Of a stretch of 64,000 nt of DNA, positions 12,571 through 25,369 are shown piece after piece. The notes under the pieces were generated by a model. It saw nothing but the letters and a program-made list of their open reading frames with translations. It was not told where the DNA came from and ran no database searches. Positions within the stretch are counted from its first letter, which is position 1. Each line of letters starts with the position of its first letter. The position numbers and the translations under genes were made by a program. The stretch is from Rhina ancylostomus. Its lineage: Eukaryota. The stretch spans positions 18,776,473-18,840,472 of the forward strand of contig JARFYF010000017.1 of the NCBI GenBank assembly GCA_030265395.1. Direction: 5' to 3'.

Positions 12571-13190
12571 AAGAACAGAAGAAAATAAGAACAGGAGTAT
12601 GCCACATGACCCTTCAAGCCTACCCCACCATTCAATATGATCATGACTCATCTTCCCAGGCCACAATTCCACTTCTGTGCTAGTTCCACATAACCCTCTA
12701 TTCCCCGATCTTTCAAATATTTAGCTACCTCCTCTTCAGATACCTTCAGCATTCTAACCTCTACAGCTTTCTGGGGGAGAGAATTCTAGAGATTCATCAT
12801 CTTCTGTGAGGAGAAATATTCCTATATTCCTCAGTTTTGAATAACTACCCCCTTATCCTAGAACTATGCCCCTTCATTCAAGACTCTCCCACTAGTGGAA
12901 AAATCAATCTTGTCATTCCCTCTTAGGATCTCATGTTTCAATAAGATCACAATCATTTTTTCTAAACTCCAGAAGTATAACTTTTTTAGCTGTTTATAAC
13001 AGGACAACTCTCTCATCCTGTGAATTAGCCTATGAATCTCTTCTGGACTATCTCCAGTGCTAGAATATCCTTTCTTAAATAAGGGATCAACACTGTACAC
13101 AGAACTCCTAAGTACTGGCTCACCAACACCCTGTACTAGTGCAGCAATATTTCTCTATTTAATCTCCAATCCCTAGCAATAAAGGCAACA
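12571..13190 (-). mobile_element. CR1 LINE 3' portion
   Basis: Tail aagaacaggagtatgccacatgacccttcaagcctaccccaccattcaatatgatcatg, followed by RT C-terminal remnants (reverse of EFCVQC.. at ~13090-13110). Confidence 0.8.
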
Positions 13191-15704
13191 ATTAAAGGCT
13201 TCTTATAGTGATTATTGAAAATATAATGATTCAGAAATAATAGTTTCTTAGTTTTCAGACTGCCATCTAATTATTATGTAATTAGAAAATCTTCAGTTTA
13301 CTTTTTCCAAGATTATATTAGGCACTCATATATGAGCAGATGCTGTGATTCATCAATGAGTGTAATGTGGTCATAACCAGTTGAGCAAATGGGCAGAGAT
13401 CTATTCTGCCAGATTCCTTGTGGTCTCTAAGTTTTCCAGTTGGAGTTTATACTGGCTTGAACAATTCCTGTTACAGAGTAGTTTTTTGGGTCATTTAATT
13501 ATGCCACTCATTTCCTGACAATTATACTGGTGTAATGTCATTAAGAAAATAAAACTGATACATTTTTATGGATTGCTATAGTGAAACCTGTAGCTGAATT
13601 TTGGGATTACCTACATTTCTACCTACATTTATTTGTAAGAAGACTATTTGTCTGAGCTTCCACGTGTCACTTCAATCTTCTGTTCCACTCCCACTCTGAC
13701 CTCTTTGTACTTTATCTCTTATATTGTTGCCACGATGCCCAATGTAAATTTAAGGAACAGGATCTCTTCCATTTGCGCACGTTGCAACTCTCTCCACGAA
13801 CGCTACCTAACCTGCTGAAGTGCTTGTTTTTGTTTTTGGTTTTTAGTATCTGCAATCTTTTGCTCCCAATAAAAAAAGAATCCTGGTCTTTTGTTTTCTT
13901 CATTTGGATGGGATCTTGAAACAAATAACTGGAATAATCAAAAGCTACAATGACTCCACAGACCTCTGACGATAACCAATATTATTTACAATTTCAAATC
14001 TCTGTCACAAATTCTTGAGAAGGGAGCAGAACATTTTTCAATGTGATTTCAGAACATCTTTAAACAAAATTGCTTTGTCAGCTTCTGGACATAAATTTCA
14101 GCCTCTGCCCCTTTACAGAGAGGGCTCTGTGATATAGATGGGCCATAGTAATTGAGAACAATATAATGCAAAACTTGTTTTGTGGCACAAATACGTGGTT
14201 TTGTTGAAAAATATGGTACAAATGAAATTGCCATAAAGTTACAATAATAACATTTGTTCTGTATTGTTAATTTATTCTGCTAGGTCCTATATGTTAACAT
14301 TTTCAAACAACAGAACGTAAAATAGATCACAAAATAAAGGTACCATTTTCCATTGTTACCCTGAGCTGCGTTGTTCATCTCATTCCATGCGCTCCTGTGA
14401 TAACATCTTTAATCATCAGTATGCAGTATGTATTTTCCTCATTAATGCAATGATTTGGTTTATAAGTGATATTAATTGTTGGTCAGAGATAGGTTTAGAT
14501 GAGGAAAGGTGAGAGGGTGTGGCTGAATGGCCAATCTGCTCCTGCCCAGGATGCAAGTTAGATTACTCTCTTTGACTGTGGAAGTCAATTGCATCATCTA
14601 AGGGACTCACCCTTTCTGTCAATTTTACCTAAATGTTATTGCACATGTGGAAAACATTACTACCGGGAAATCAAAGAGATAACGCCTCCTACAGAGAAAG
14701 TGGGCTATGGATTCTACCAGGCAGTGCAAAGTTTTTATGCAGTGCTGATAACTTTGGATCTGAAAATTGTTTTCTGAAAGTGATCAATATCTTTACAAGT
14801 CCTTGTGCAGGTAACCTGTGGTAAATTGTATCAGAATTTTCCATGTGTAATATGTGCTTATACACAGCTGCACAGCAATGATGTCAATTAGAGTACAATG
14901 GATTTTCGATGTGTTGTGATATGGCCTATTGATACAATGATATTGTAGCAATTAAGAAATAATGGTCTCATGTGAATGAACAGGGCTTCCATGGAAGGTG
15001 AGCATATCAACATAAGAAATAGAAGGAGAACAATATGTAATCCCTTGTGCCTGCCCTGCCCTGCCCATCAGTGGTATAAGCAGCCTGTNNNNNNNNNNNN
15101 NNNNNNNNNNNGCCTCTTCACCTAATTCATGTGCACGAAGACCTTCACTATTTTTCCTAATCGGCATCACACTGCTTGGTTGCTCAAGTATGCCATGATC
15201 TTGGTTTACTTTCAGCAATTATGGCAAATAAACTTTATGTGCTTTCATTCATCAGCTCATTGTCACACTATCACAATGATAACATCTTAACAGGTAGTTT
15301 TCTCTCATCACAAAATTGCCTTAGGGCTAGATCTTATCATGTTAATGTTGTGGGTGACGCTGCAAATCCTGTGTTTGATTGACTTCTGCCTCTGTTGCCT
15401 GAGCAATATGAAATTCCTTCTTGAAATGTAATTTCTTCTTACTGAGTAGGTTCCTTTGAGAATAGTTATCTTACATTCCACAAACTATATGATCCTGCAA
15501 CATCTTCAAACTTGTACCATACTCACAATGCCCATCAATCTGTCAGAAGTCTGCCACAAATTCTGCAGTTTCCTTTGGATACTATTTGTGACTATTAAAC
15601 TTATATCATTAAAATATGGAACTCATACCATTCAACTAATTTAACTAACTAATCAAATGTCTTGACTCTTTGGCTGGAGTCACCAGGTTTTAATAAAAAA
15701 GCTG

Positions 15705-15780
15705 GTGGAAATTTGAAATAAAACCAGAAAATGCTGAAACTCAGTAGGTCAGGAAGGACCTGTGGAGAAAGAAACAGTTA
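15705..15780 (-). mobile_element. Penelope-like element (PLE) terminal fragment, truncated just before the hammerhead motif
   Basis: aaataaaaccagaaaatgctgaaactcagtaggtcagg..tgtggagaaagaaacagtta is the reverse complement of the PLE tail at 21835-21905. Confidence 0.65.
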
Positions 15781-15894
15781 GGATTTTTATCAATTTGCAT
15801 ATCCTAGCACCTATAGTTGAAAGCAAGGTGAACTTCTCTCTTTCTGCAATGTTAGGGAGACTGCAGGGTGCAGATTTTTAATTTTTCTACATTT

Positions 15895-16075
15895 TTTATT
15901 CATTTTTTGGGATCGGGGCATTGATGACAAGGCCCGCATTTGTTGCCCATCCCTAATTCCCCTTGAAGAGGCAGAGCTGCCAACTTGAACCACTGTGTCC
16001 TTCTGTGGCTCTGTGGCTGTTGTGGAGGAGATCCAGGATTTAGACCTAGGGACAATGAAGGACTGGTAATAATGT
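15895..16075 (-). mobile_element. L2/CR1-superfamily LINE 3' end (same family as 3680-4080)
   Basis: catttgttgcccatccctaattccccttgaag is the reverse of the family tail; minus-strand translation SFIVPRSKSWIS. Confidence 0.75.
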
Positions 16076-16223
16076 TGCATTCTTTCAATTTATTCACCAC
16101 GTAACTTGATTAAACTATTTAAAGAATCCCAAGGATCAATTGTAGCGATTGTGATTAGATATTTCATGACATAATAGATACAAGCATAAAAGAATAAGGC
16201 AGTGAATTTAACATGGTCTCAGT

Positions 16224-16339
16224 ATGTTGGTGCCGGAAGCGTGGCAACACTTGTGGGCTGCTCCCAGAACTACACAAAGAGATGTATTTCGCTGTGTGTT
16301 TCAATATACATGTGACTAATAAAGGTATCTTATCTTATC
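16224..16339 (+). mobile_element. 3' half of a SINE with (TATCT)n tail; same family as 31872-32153
   Basis: gttggtgccggaagcgtggcaacacttgtgggctg...catgtgactaataaaggtatcttatcttatc matches the reverse complement of 31872-31985. Confidence 0.85.
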
Positions 16340-16699
16340 AATGTTGCTCCACAATTCAAGCGAAGTAGCCTCAAAGACTCATGAAAGGGAAGCAAAAGTT
16401 TTTCCAGAAAACATTCTAGTTATTCTTTGTAAATCCTTGTTGCAATTTGCCATAATGNNNNNNTTCAATTTATTTAAACATGGAGTAAAAGAACACTCAC
16501 AATCTAACAGTTAAAAATATGCAGCTCAGTGTAAGAAGCCAATTTTTACTTGGACACTCTTTAAGGGCATTGATAGCAATCGGATTACTATGTAGTTTTT
16601 CTTCATGGAGATAAACTGTAGTATTCTAATCACAGGGGAGAAGGTAGTGCATAGAAATAGAATCCCATGGATACCCAGGGAATAAAACTAACCTGAAAT

Positions 16700-17870
16700 C
16701 TGAAAGAGAGGCATACGATAAAGTTAGAGCTAATGGTACAAAAGGCAATGATGAGGAGGATAAAATGCAGTCGAAAGGTGAACAAAAAAATGGAAGGACT
16801 TAAAATGAATATGAAAGAAAGGTTAACAGATAATATAAAAAGATACTATGAAATATAATAAGCACTCCTAAGTGGTTTTATAAAGTGCATGTATAAAAAG
16901 TAATGTCTTGAGAGGGAATGAGTAGACAATGATCATGAATTAATGGGCGGTGGAAATATTAGATAAAATCACATTGGATTTAACAAAGAATAATGTAAGT
17001 CGGATCGAAAGACATCAGAGCAGTATAGTTGCTTTGCTGGAAGACCTGTTGCTTTCCAGCTTCAGCAACCCCAGCTCATCAGGGCAGCACAGTGTTGCAG
17101 CTACTAGAATTACTACCCAACAGCACCAGTGGATCAAATTGAATCCTTACTTCCTGTGTTTTCTCTGTGGAGTTTGCATGTTCTCCCTGCAACTGCATGG
17201 GTTTCCTCCCATATCCCAAAGATGTGCAGGTTAATGTAAGTGGTAGAATCTGGGAAGGGTTTCATAGCAATGTGTAGAGTATAAAATGGGATTAGCGTAA
17301 GTGATGATTAATGGTGTATACTCGGTATTTCTATGTTATATGACTCTATGGCTCCATGACTCTATGACAAATAAGGTAGAGAACATGAACCAATTGTCAG
17401 TGATGATTGTCAAATAGAAATTGGTGGAACTCAAGGTTGTTCAGCTCCCCAGGCCTTTTTGTCATGTTCCTTAGGCTGCTGAAATAAGACAGAGAAAGAG
17501 ATAATGGAAAATATGGCAATGTTTTTTTCAGTCCTTATCTACCATTCAAGTTCTGCCAATAAACTTTGATTGAAAATGAAGAAAAGGATAAACTGAGTAA
17601 GTTAGTTTTGCATTATTTGTGGACAAATTCTTAGAATCTTAATTTGAAATAAAGATCAGGACCGTTTAGATATGGTTAATTGAGAACAGTCAACATGGAT
17701 CTGTAGCCAGAAAATTAGGCTGACAAACTTTAATTATTGTAAACAAATGTGGAACTGGATAAGTTAAAGGAACTGTGATTCATTGGTGTTTCTGAAGCAT
17801 TAAGAAGATTTTAGATGAGGTGTCCCACATACATGGTCAAGTTTGTGATAGAAGAAACAGTACACCATGG
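16700..17870 (+). mobile_element. Very old CR1 ORF2 remnant hosting a SINE insertion
   Basis: Scattered motifs in the expected order: aagtggttttataaa (KxFYK), tccccaggcc (SPGP), aacagtcaacatgga (SQHG), gatgaggtgtcccac (DxVxH). Confidence 0.5.
17082..17368 (+). mobile_element. tRNA-derived V-SINE (HE1-like) with CR1-type (ATGACTCT)n tail
   Basis: tRNA-like head ggcagcacagtgttgcagct, V-domain tgtggagtttgcatgttctccc...tgggtttcc...cccaaagatgtgcaggtta, tail atgactctatggctccatgactctatgac. Confidence 0.8.
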
Positions 17871-19999
17871 TAGAAATACTGCCAGGTAAGAAAATAATAA
17901 TTGTTAGACAAAAAAAATGACAAAGGATTTGAATTCACTTTTGCCTGTTGGTTAATTATGATAGCCAATTTCTATCAATTAATGTATAATACAGCAGACA
18001 CAAGGAAAACCCCAAAGGATGAAGGGGGAGGAAAACAAATTCTTCCTCATGTGCGCTGCTCAATAACTATATGATCCACTCTCATCCTGAGAAAGTATTC
18101 ACACAAACCAGTTAATTCTAGACTCAGATAATGAGCAGATTGCATGATATTATCATGACTGAAGCCATTCCACTGTCCTGAGATTCCTCCTTTTGTCCTG
18201 TTACCCACAAACCCATTGTCTGTATGTTAATAAGACTGGGCCCTCAAGATGGACCAACCCTCCAGCCTAACTTAAGGGTGATAGGCAGCAGGCTGCAGCA
18301 ACTAACTTCCAAAAACTGTACATTGTGGGATCTGGAGGGAGGTGGGATGGAGGTGGGATGGGACTGGAGTTATCCCATGGCCTGTGTATACCTGCAGCAT
18401 GCCTCATATTTAAATTTGAGAATGTAGTCCTTGTTGGATCATAAGGTATCAGAGTACCATAGAGCATTGACCGTATGTAAAAGGGAGGAATTTCATTTAC
18501 ATTGGTCCAAATTAGTGCAAGTATATTTTTTGTTCTTCAGGAGTAAAAAGGAGAACATAATTCTGTAAATCAGATGTTGTGTAAGTTGCATTATATAACA
18601 GGGCAATAATGCAACAAAGTATTGTAGGTTAATTTGAACAGACCTGAGAAATATTCAGACATATGGGATTGTCTACTACTTTACATTGAATAATTTTTTA
18701 TAATGTTTATTTGCTTTTATATTTTTATCATTCTCTTTTTATTTGTTTTATTTTTTCCCTAAGGTTAGAGCTGATGGTATAAAAGTGATTACAGTCTGAC
18801 ACTACCATGAGCTGGCTGGTAGAGTCAGGCTTCTCCAAAACTGTAAACAAATACATGCCTGCAACAGTTTCACTGCCCATCACCTTGGCAATATTTAAAA
18901 ATATTCTACTGAATGTCATAATGGAGTTCTATACACAGGGAAAGAGTTGTACATCGTGCAGAAAAGAGGGTCATCCCTTTTAAATGCGTAAATTACATCA
19001 GCCTTTCTCAAGGCAAACGTGATGGGTTGAATGAAATTAACAGTAAAAGTATTAAAATATTGATAGCAATCATTTCATGTTCATGCTTTACCAATTAATT
19101 ATTAATTTCACCTTGAAGGTAGTGTAAGAGACAGACTTCATTTTATCTTTACTGTTCACGGCAAGATGTTTGATGCCTTTCACATCATTTTCCAGCAGTC
19201 ACCCAACATTTTGACTTGCAATTATTGGAATCTTTTATGTTGGTCTGCGGAAGGGACTATCCATTATTAGTTTTCTATGGAGAATGAATTAGAACTTAAT
19301 CTTTCCTTCAATATCAATAAATTATCATTCTTTTGTATGAGAAGATATGAATTTGTGAGCTATTGGTCAAGGCACTAAAGGAAAGCAATAAAATAGGTTA
19401 AAAAATCCTATGTGACAGTCATCCAGAAAAAGGCATATATAATTGATACTAAATTCTGTTTTTATTTTCTGGTGTTTCAATGCATTGGCAATGATTTTAA
19501 GCAAATTAAAATATAGACGTTAAAAAAAATTCATTGTCCGTACCATAAAATGTTAGCCTTTAATGTAATTGTTAGGGTCAAATTTCATTTCTGACACAGA
19601 ATAGGTAAGTGGTGGTCTATTCAGCTGCTTTGTGCATTTGCTCAGCCCACCTGGTGTCATCAGTGGGAGATCCAGTCCATTTTGTGATCAGGCTTCTTTG
19701 AAATAGGGGTGGTGAACTACCAGGGCTAATTGTGCTACTTATAGACAGTTTGCTCTTTAGGAGGCTGCAAATTCTGGCAGGTCTGCCATTTTTCAAAGAT
19801 AGCCTGCATTTTCTTAAAGGGGAGCTGCAGTGTTCACTTGTTGTCTGAGAGAAGTGTATTTGTGGGTAGTTTTTATCTGGATTTGAATGCAAACTTGCAA
19901 CATGACAATTTTCTAATCCTGCAGTGGAGGTACTTTTGAAGGATCAGGGCCAGGAAAGTGGCTCTGTTTCTTTATGATAGCTGAGAGGTGGTGTGACCA

Positions 20000-20910
20000 A
20001 AGAGCAAGAATGCAAGGTACACAGCCTTTTGGCTACACCCTCAGAGGCTGGACAGTATTGGGGATTTTTAAAATTTGAAACTGTTGTATCTCAGGAAGTG
20101 TTCAACTGGCTAAGGCATGATTTAGATCCATTATCTAATACCAACTCTTTAGATATACCAAAAATTGCAAAAAAATCTCAGCTCCTCACTTGCATGTTGC
20201 TAATAGCTGATCCCACATCTGAATTTCAACCTATTTAGAATGAGCATTGATAAGGACTAGAAAGTTGCCATTGCCTTTCCATATCCACTTCCAATATCCC
20301 TCACATGATTAATGCAGGCACTGCTGACCTTTCCTTCAAACAAAGCACCATTTAATATGCAGACTGGTACTATCTCACCAATATCCCACCTCAGAATGCA
20401 TTTGCTTGTCATTCTTACTATCCTCACTTTCTCACGTTGCTTGATGATTCAAAAATCCACTTAGGCTCTATAACATGGTTATGTCAATCACCTCCATACC
20501 TATAGGGGTAGCTTTTGATTTTTGATCTTCATTCTTGAAGGACACCACAAATACCTTACAGATCTTTGTCAATATCTAATCAGGAAATGGTGTTTCTGGT
20601 AATAGCCTTCATATTCACTGTGCTGGTATTTTTCTGAATGAAAGATTTATCTTCTCCTAGGACTTTGGAGATAACTGATCATTTCAGCAATCTCGACCAA
20701 AAGACAGCTGGCACCTTCGACTGTGAAATGGTTGCATATGTACGTATATCTGGATATTTTTCCAAATTGCTCCACCCCTGTGAGTGTGCTGATGCACACC
20801 TTTCAGAGGAGTATTTTGCTGTGTAGTTTCAGCATTTTGTTTTGCAGCTTTGGCTGTAAAGTCTTAATCCACCCATCATAAGATAGGTGTTGTATTCTCG
20901 CTACTGAGGA
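20000..20910 (+). mobile_element. Possible extremely decayed Penelope-like RT remnant
   Basis: Fragmentary motifs in PLE order across frames: SKIH (~20449-20460, cf. PKIHK), SFLKDTT (~20529-20549, cf. SYxKDT), YLDIF (~20746-20760, cf. YxDDIF), HP..KIGVVFSLLR (~20870-20910). Needs profile alignment. Confidence 0.35.
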
Positions 20911-21239
20911 TTGAATCTTCATCTGGTAACTTTAATAAAGCATCTGTCATTGTGTTTCGCTTTGGAAGACCAGTACTTAATTGTGTGGTCATGTTGGGAT
21001 AAAAGAATCACCCCAACTGTCCTTTCTGGAAGCTGCCATGATCAGGATCACCAATTTAGGACCTAGAAATTCTAATAGGGACTTGGGATCTGAAATGAAA
21101 GATCTTCCTTATGGACGCTGGTGAAATTTCTTCACTCCAGAAATCACACTGAGTGTTTCTTATTCTCCAAAGGCATAATTCTATTCACTTTTACTTAAAG
21201 TTCAAGGCACAAATGCTATTGGCTTCAAGGACAGTGGGA

Positions 21240-21935
21240 AAGAGGCAATGCCTCTTATTGGATGACTGAGAGGATAAACTGTAAACAAGGTTATCCAGTC
21301 AATGAGTGAATGGGAATAGTTGGAGAGTGAGAACATAGACAAANNNNNNNNNNNNNNNNNNNNNNNNNNNNNNNNNNNNNNNNNNNNNNNNNNNNNNNNN
21401 NNNNNNNNNNNNNNNNNNNNNNNNNAAGGATAAAAACAGGTGAACTGAGCCAATATCACAGATGGATGATTGATATGGACAGAAACCAAGTTACCTGAGG
21501 TTGTAAAATTCGATACGAAGCCCAGAGGCTGCAATGTGCCTTTTGTTCTCCCCTTTTTTTCCCTCAGGCAGTGGAGGACATGTCCAGCCTACCTGCCAGA
21601 CATGTTTATTCTGCTCTGCACTCCGCAACTTCCACATGCTTTTGGTTATGTTCTTCTGTCTATGTTCTCACTCTCTAACTACTCCAATTCACTCATTGGC
21701 CAGACAACCTTGTTTACAGCTCATCCCCCTGGTCATCCCAGTTTTACCCTATCAGAGACATCACATCTCCTCCACCCTGCCTGCAGTTTAACAAGCTTCC
21801 TTTATCTCTTTCCCAGTTCTGATGAATTGAAATGTTAACTCTTTCTATTCCCACAGACATTGCCTGACCTGCTGAATATTTCCAGCATTTTCTGTTTTTA
21901 TTTCAGATTTCTAGCATCTGCAACTTTTTTGATTT
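21240..21935. mobile_element. Penelope-like element with inverted 3' UTR/pseudo-LTR copies
   Basis: Minus strand 21540-21491 reads GTLQPLGF/IEFYNLR* (PLE ORF end). 21261-21343 is an inverted copy of ~21655-21737. Plus-strand tail has a hammerhead remnant at ~21814-21840. Confidence 0.8.
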
Positions 21936-21937
21936 TC

Positions 21938-23600
21938 ACTGTTGGCTTCTCCTGGCAACCAGCCATTATGTGACTGACAACAACCCTCTGCTGTATTTTG
22001 AGGCATCACCCACAAGTGTCAATACCCTCATTGGGTCATGATGTGCCAATAAGGATTCACTGCTGAAGCTCCATCTACACTGTGCTCTCTGCTGATCTTC
22101 ATTCCACCTGCATTTAGTATTCTCCTTGCACAGCTGGTGAAATGATGTAGCATGAATACTACCTCAGATAAAATTCTTGATTAACACTAGATCGTACTGA
22201 AAAGAGCTTTTACCTCTGCCGTTTTCTGGTGTCTTTGTCTTTACAAGGCTTTGACCTTTTCATTGGGAGGTTGTTCCCACAGAGATTCACAGTTTATCTA
22301 AGATAGATAACTTCTGTTTGGACATAACTGGATTTACTTCATTTGTATTTCACTCTATCATGATAACATCATTTGAGAGCCTCTTTTGAGTGTGAAGGTT
22401 ATCTTCCTCATTAAGATAAGAGGTTGTCCTGGATATTGTCTATTGTCGATCAAAAAATTCTTGCTGATGACACAATTCCATATGGCAGTTTAGTGCAGGC
22501 ATACATTCCCCTGTGTCTGTTTATGGTGAGGTCACGTTGACACTCTTCATCTACATTTGATTGAGTAAACACGTGCAACAAGTATAACTTTGTGAAAAAT
22601 TTAGCTACTGCCAACTCTGCATAAGTATCTTGTAATGTCAGTAAAGAGTACCATTCGTCTTTTACTGCCTGGTTGAGGGTCACTTCATAGTCGCAACACA
22701 ATCCAGCTGTATCAGCCTTGGTCTCAGCCGGGTCCCCATAATGGTTGGGTTAGTCCATTCATTTTGTAGTATTTTCATGAAGTCTCTATTCTTCAATGTC
22801 TAACTTTTCTTCTGCTTGACTTTATATTGAATATGGCAACAGTTGAAGTTTACAATTTACTAGTTTGACCTTTGGCTTGAAGTCAGTAACAGCAGTGTAG
22901 ATGCTCTTGAAAATTCCTTCATGCTTGTGCAATAATATCTCCAAGCATGAATTCATGGTAACTGCTTGGACACAAAACACGTCTCTCCAAATGATCTTTA
23001 GTTTTCTGAGCCAATCTTTGACTAGTTATGTTGATTATTCTGTATCATTAGCCATGACTAATGGGAAATCTAATCATGAGCCCTTATGACACATGATGCA
23101 TAGTATTTGACATTGCACTGTCAGTTCTTCACAAGAATGTGTCTTAAGGCTATACTTTCTGTCAAAGGTTGGTGTTTGAGCTTCTTGCTGCAGGTGGCTC
23201 TAACCATGATATTGAACAATCTACTGCTCTACCTTAAATCTCTCCTGACTAATTATTTATCTGTGTTTTTATCTTAAAACATTGCTGCTTCTGCTATTTG
23301 AAGCATATATGCAAAATAAGTTCAGTTCTACTCTGTCTGAATTGCCTTTAGCATATTGGAGCCTCCCTCTTCACTTTTTTCTGTTGAGCACATACCCTGT
23401 CCATGAAGGGGTTGTATTGATTACACTGCCCTGGTTAACTTTTGTGGGTTTAGATTTACATGCCTTTGCTTTTTGATCCTCATTCTGATATGCATAACAC
23501 TTAGTCTCCTTTAAAGGAATAGATCAGTGGCGAAAGGCTGCCTTTACACCTGTAACTTGCAGCCATGTGATGCTGATCTTGTTTTGCTGCCATTTCTGAC
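21938..23600 (-). mobile_element. Ty3/Gypsy LTR-retrotransposon gag-pol relic (zinc knuckles, post-protease linker, RT, start of RNase H)
   Basis: Motifs in order on the minus strand: degenerate knuckles YRCKG..FKETKCYAY..KAKAC; LVKDWLRKLKIIW (cf. GRDWL); NEWTNP (cf. SxWAxP); CCDYEVTLNQ...LTINRHRGMYACTKLPYGIVSSARIF; LLAHHDP..LTLVGDASKY (RNase H DAS). Confidence 0.85.
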
Positions 23601-24909
23601 TGTAAACTACATTCATGTTTGTACCTGGTGATGGACAGTACGTGGCAGGCAATGAGTTGCACTAAAATGTTAATGGGGTGGGACCCTGCTGGTCTGGCCA
23701 GCCACCTATACTTGCTGCCCACTTTCCCGTGGAGAGAGGTGACGAACTGACCCTACACATGTGAGAACTGCATATGAAATGGAAGAGGCTCAAGGAGTGA
23801 GTCAGCTTCAGTGGTATATCCTGAGCTCTGCCTGCAGAGATCCCTGACAGCCTTTGATAGCTTGACAGTGGCACAGGCTTTTGAACCATCTTTGTTTGTC
23901 TCCGATTACCAGAGACAATAGCCGATGGAACCTACTGAATGTAAGTTGGCTCAATTAGGCTCAATGACTCCAAATTCTTTTGTGCACTGCGGTGCAATTG
24001 AAAACTATTGCATGACCCGTGCAGCAACAACTCCAACTGCCCTATGTAGCTATCAGCTAACCNNNNNNAACATTCCACTCCCGGCTGGAGTCAACATGCA
24101 CCTGCTGGGGAGGGGTAGGACGGGGACGTGGGGGAAGATGAGCCAGCCTCCTGCACATTTGCACTGGGAAAGTGGGCAGCTATGACCTGGAATCCTGGCA
24201 CACTGAAAAGAACCTCACTGTATCTTCAATATCCTGCTCAGTCCCAGATCAATACACATAACCTCTGGCTATCATTTCATTTGCACAGTTCCCTGTGTAG
24301 CATTTTTTGTGCAGTATGTTGCATTGTATCCACAGTGCAATAAAAAAGGCCATTCAGCCCAAAAAAGGTGGAGTGGTGTGTTTATGCTCCAAGTGAGCCT
24401 CCTCCCATCTGTCAGATTTTGCCCCAAGTTTAATATTTGATTTTGTTTCTTTCTGAGGAGTTAAAATGGCCACTAATTAGCAATGGTTTGGAATTAAGTT
24501 TTAAATTAAATTGATGTGAATACAAAGATGTAATGTTGCTCTGGAAATTGTACTGTATGTCTTCTTTTGAGAAGGTATAAGTATTTATCTCCCTTTCGAT
24601 TCCTTGGCCCACTCTATTTCTAATTACAAGAGCAACCAAGTGATCCCTCTGAAACGATCAGGAGGTTAAGGGCAGTCTGATTTTTTTCTCTCTGATTTCT
24701 TCTCACCTACTTCAGGGGCTTATCAGACCTCTGAGGCACCTCTAATGCAATGTAATACATGGGACATGAGTCTGCATTACACAGTCATGAACAGTCATTA
24801 CTCCTTTGCACTAGTCCGACCTCAAGCTCACCAGACCCCATTTAAAAACAAAATACGTCTTTGCTCAACAATTTTGCCTGGTAGCTATTTTTCCTTCTGC
24901 TGCTGTCTT

Positions 24910-25096
24910 GTAGTTGTTTACTGGTTATTCAGTGTAGTTCAATGGGCAGAAGTTATTTACTGGCACTGTGCCCAATGAATCACTCTTTTCAGAGTCTTTT
25001 CATTCAGTAGGCTGTTCTAGATGGCATGTAGCATCCAGGCATAATCCCTTCCTCTGTCCATATCCACATGATCAGGCTGCAATTGTGAGGGTGGGT
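24910..25096 (+). repeat. Copy 1 of a diverged ~190-bp direct repeat
   Basis: Shares gtag.tgtttactg, tttactggca.tgtgccca, tttcagag.cttttcattcagt.ggct.ttc, tcccttcctc.gtcc.tatcca.atgat and ttgtg.gggtgggt with 26597-26792. Confidence 0.75.
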
Positions 25097-25369
25097 TGGG
25101 TTTGGGTGTCACTGAATTGGTGACAGGAACCATCTTCATTTTTCTTATTCAAAGTTCTTACAGGCCTTAGATGTACTGGGATCCTCGTTGCATTCTGTCG
25201 ATCCTTCTGGGAGAATGGGATGTCTGGCGCATGCCACAGAAAACCAACATGGATTTGATGGGCCGAATAGCCTCCTGCTCTGCAGTTTTGGCTCTATGAT
25301 GTTACGTTTATTATGAGAACCAATAAATGTTTCATTGGCATAACTGCAACATTAGTTTTAATTGGAGAT

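Noticed and set aside
23925-24060. GAIENY as a Harbinger transposase GAIDxTH motif
   Set aside because: Single weak motif with no supporting DDE motifs or TIRs.
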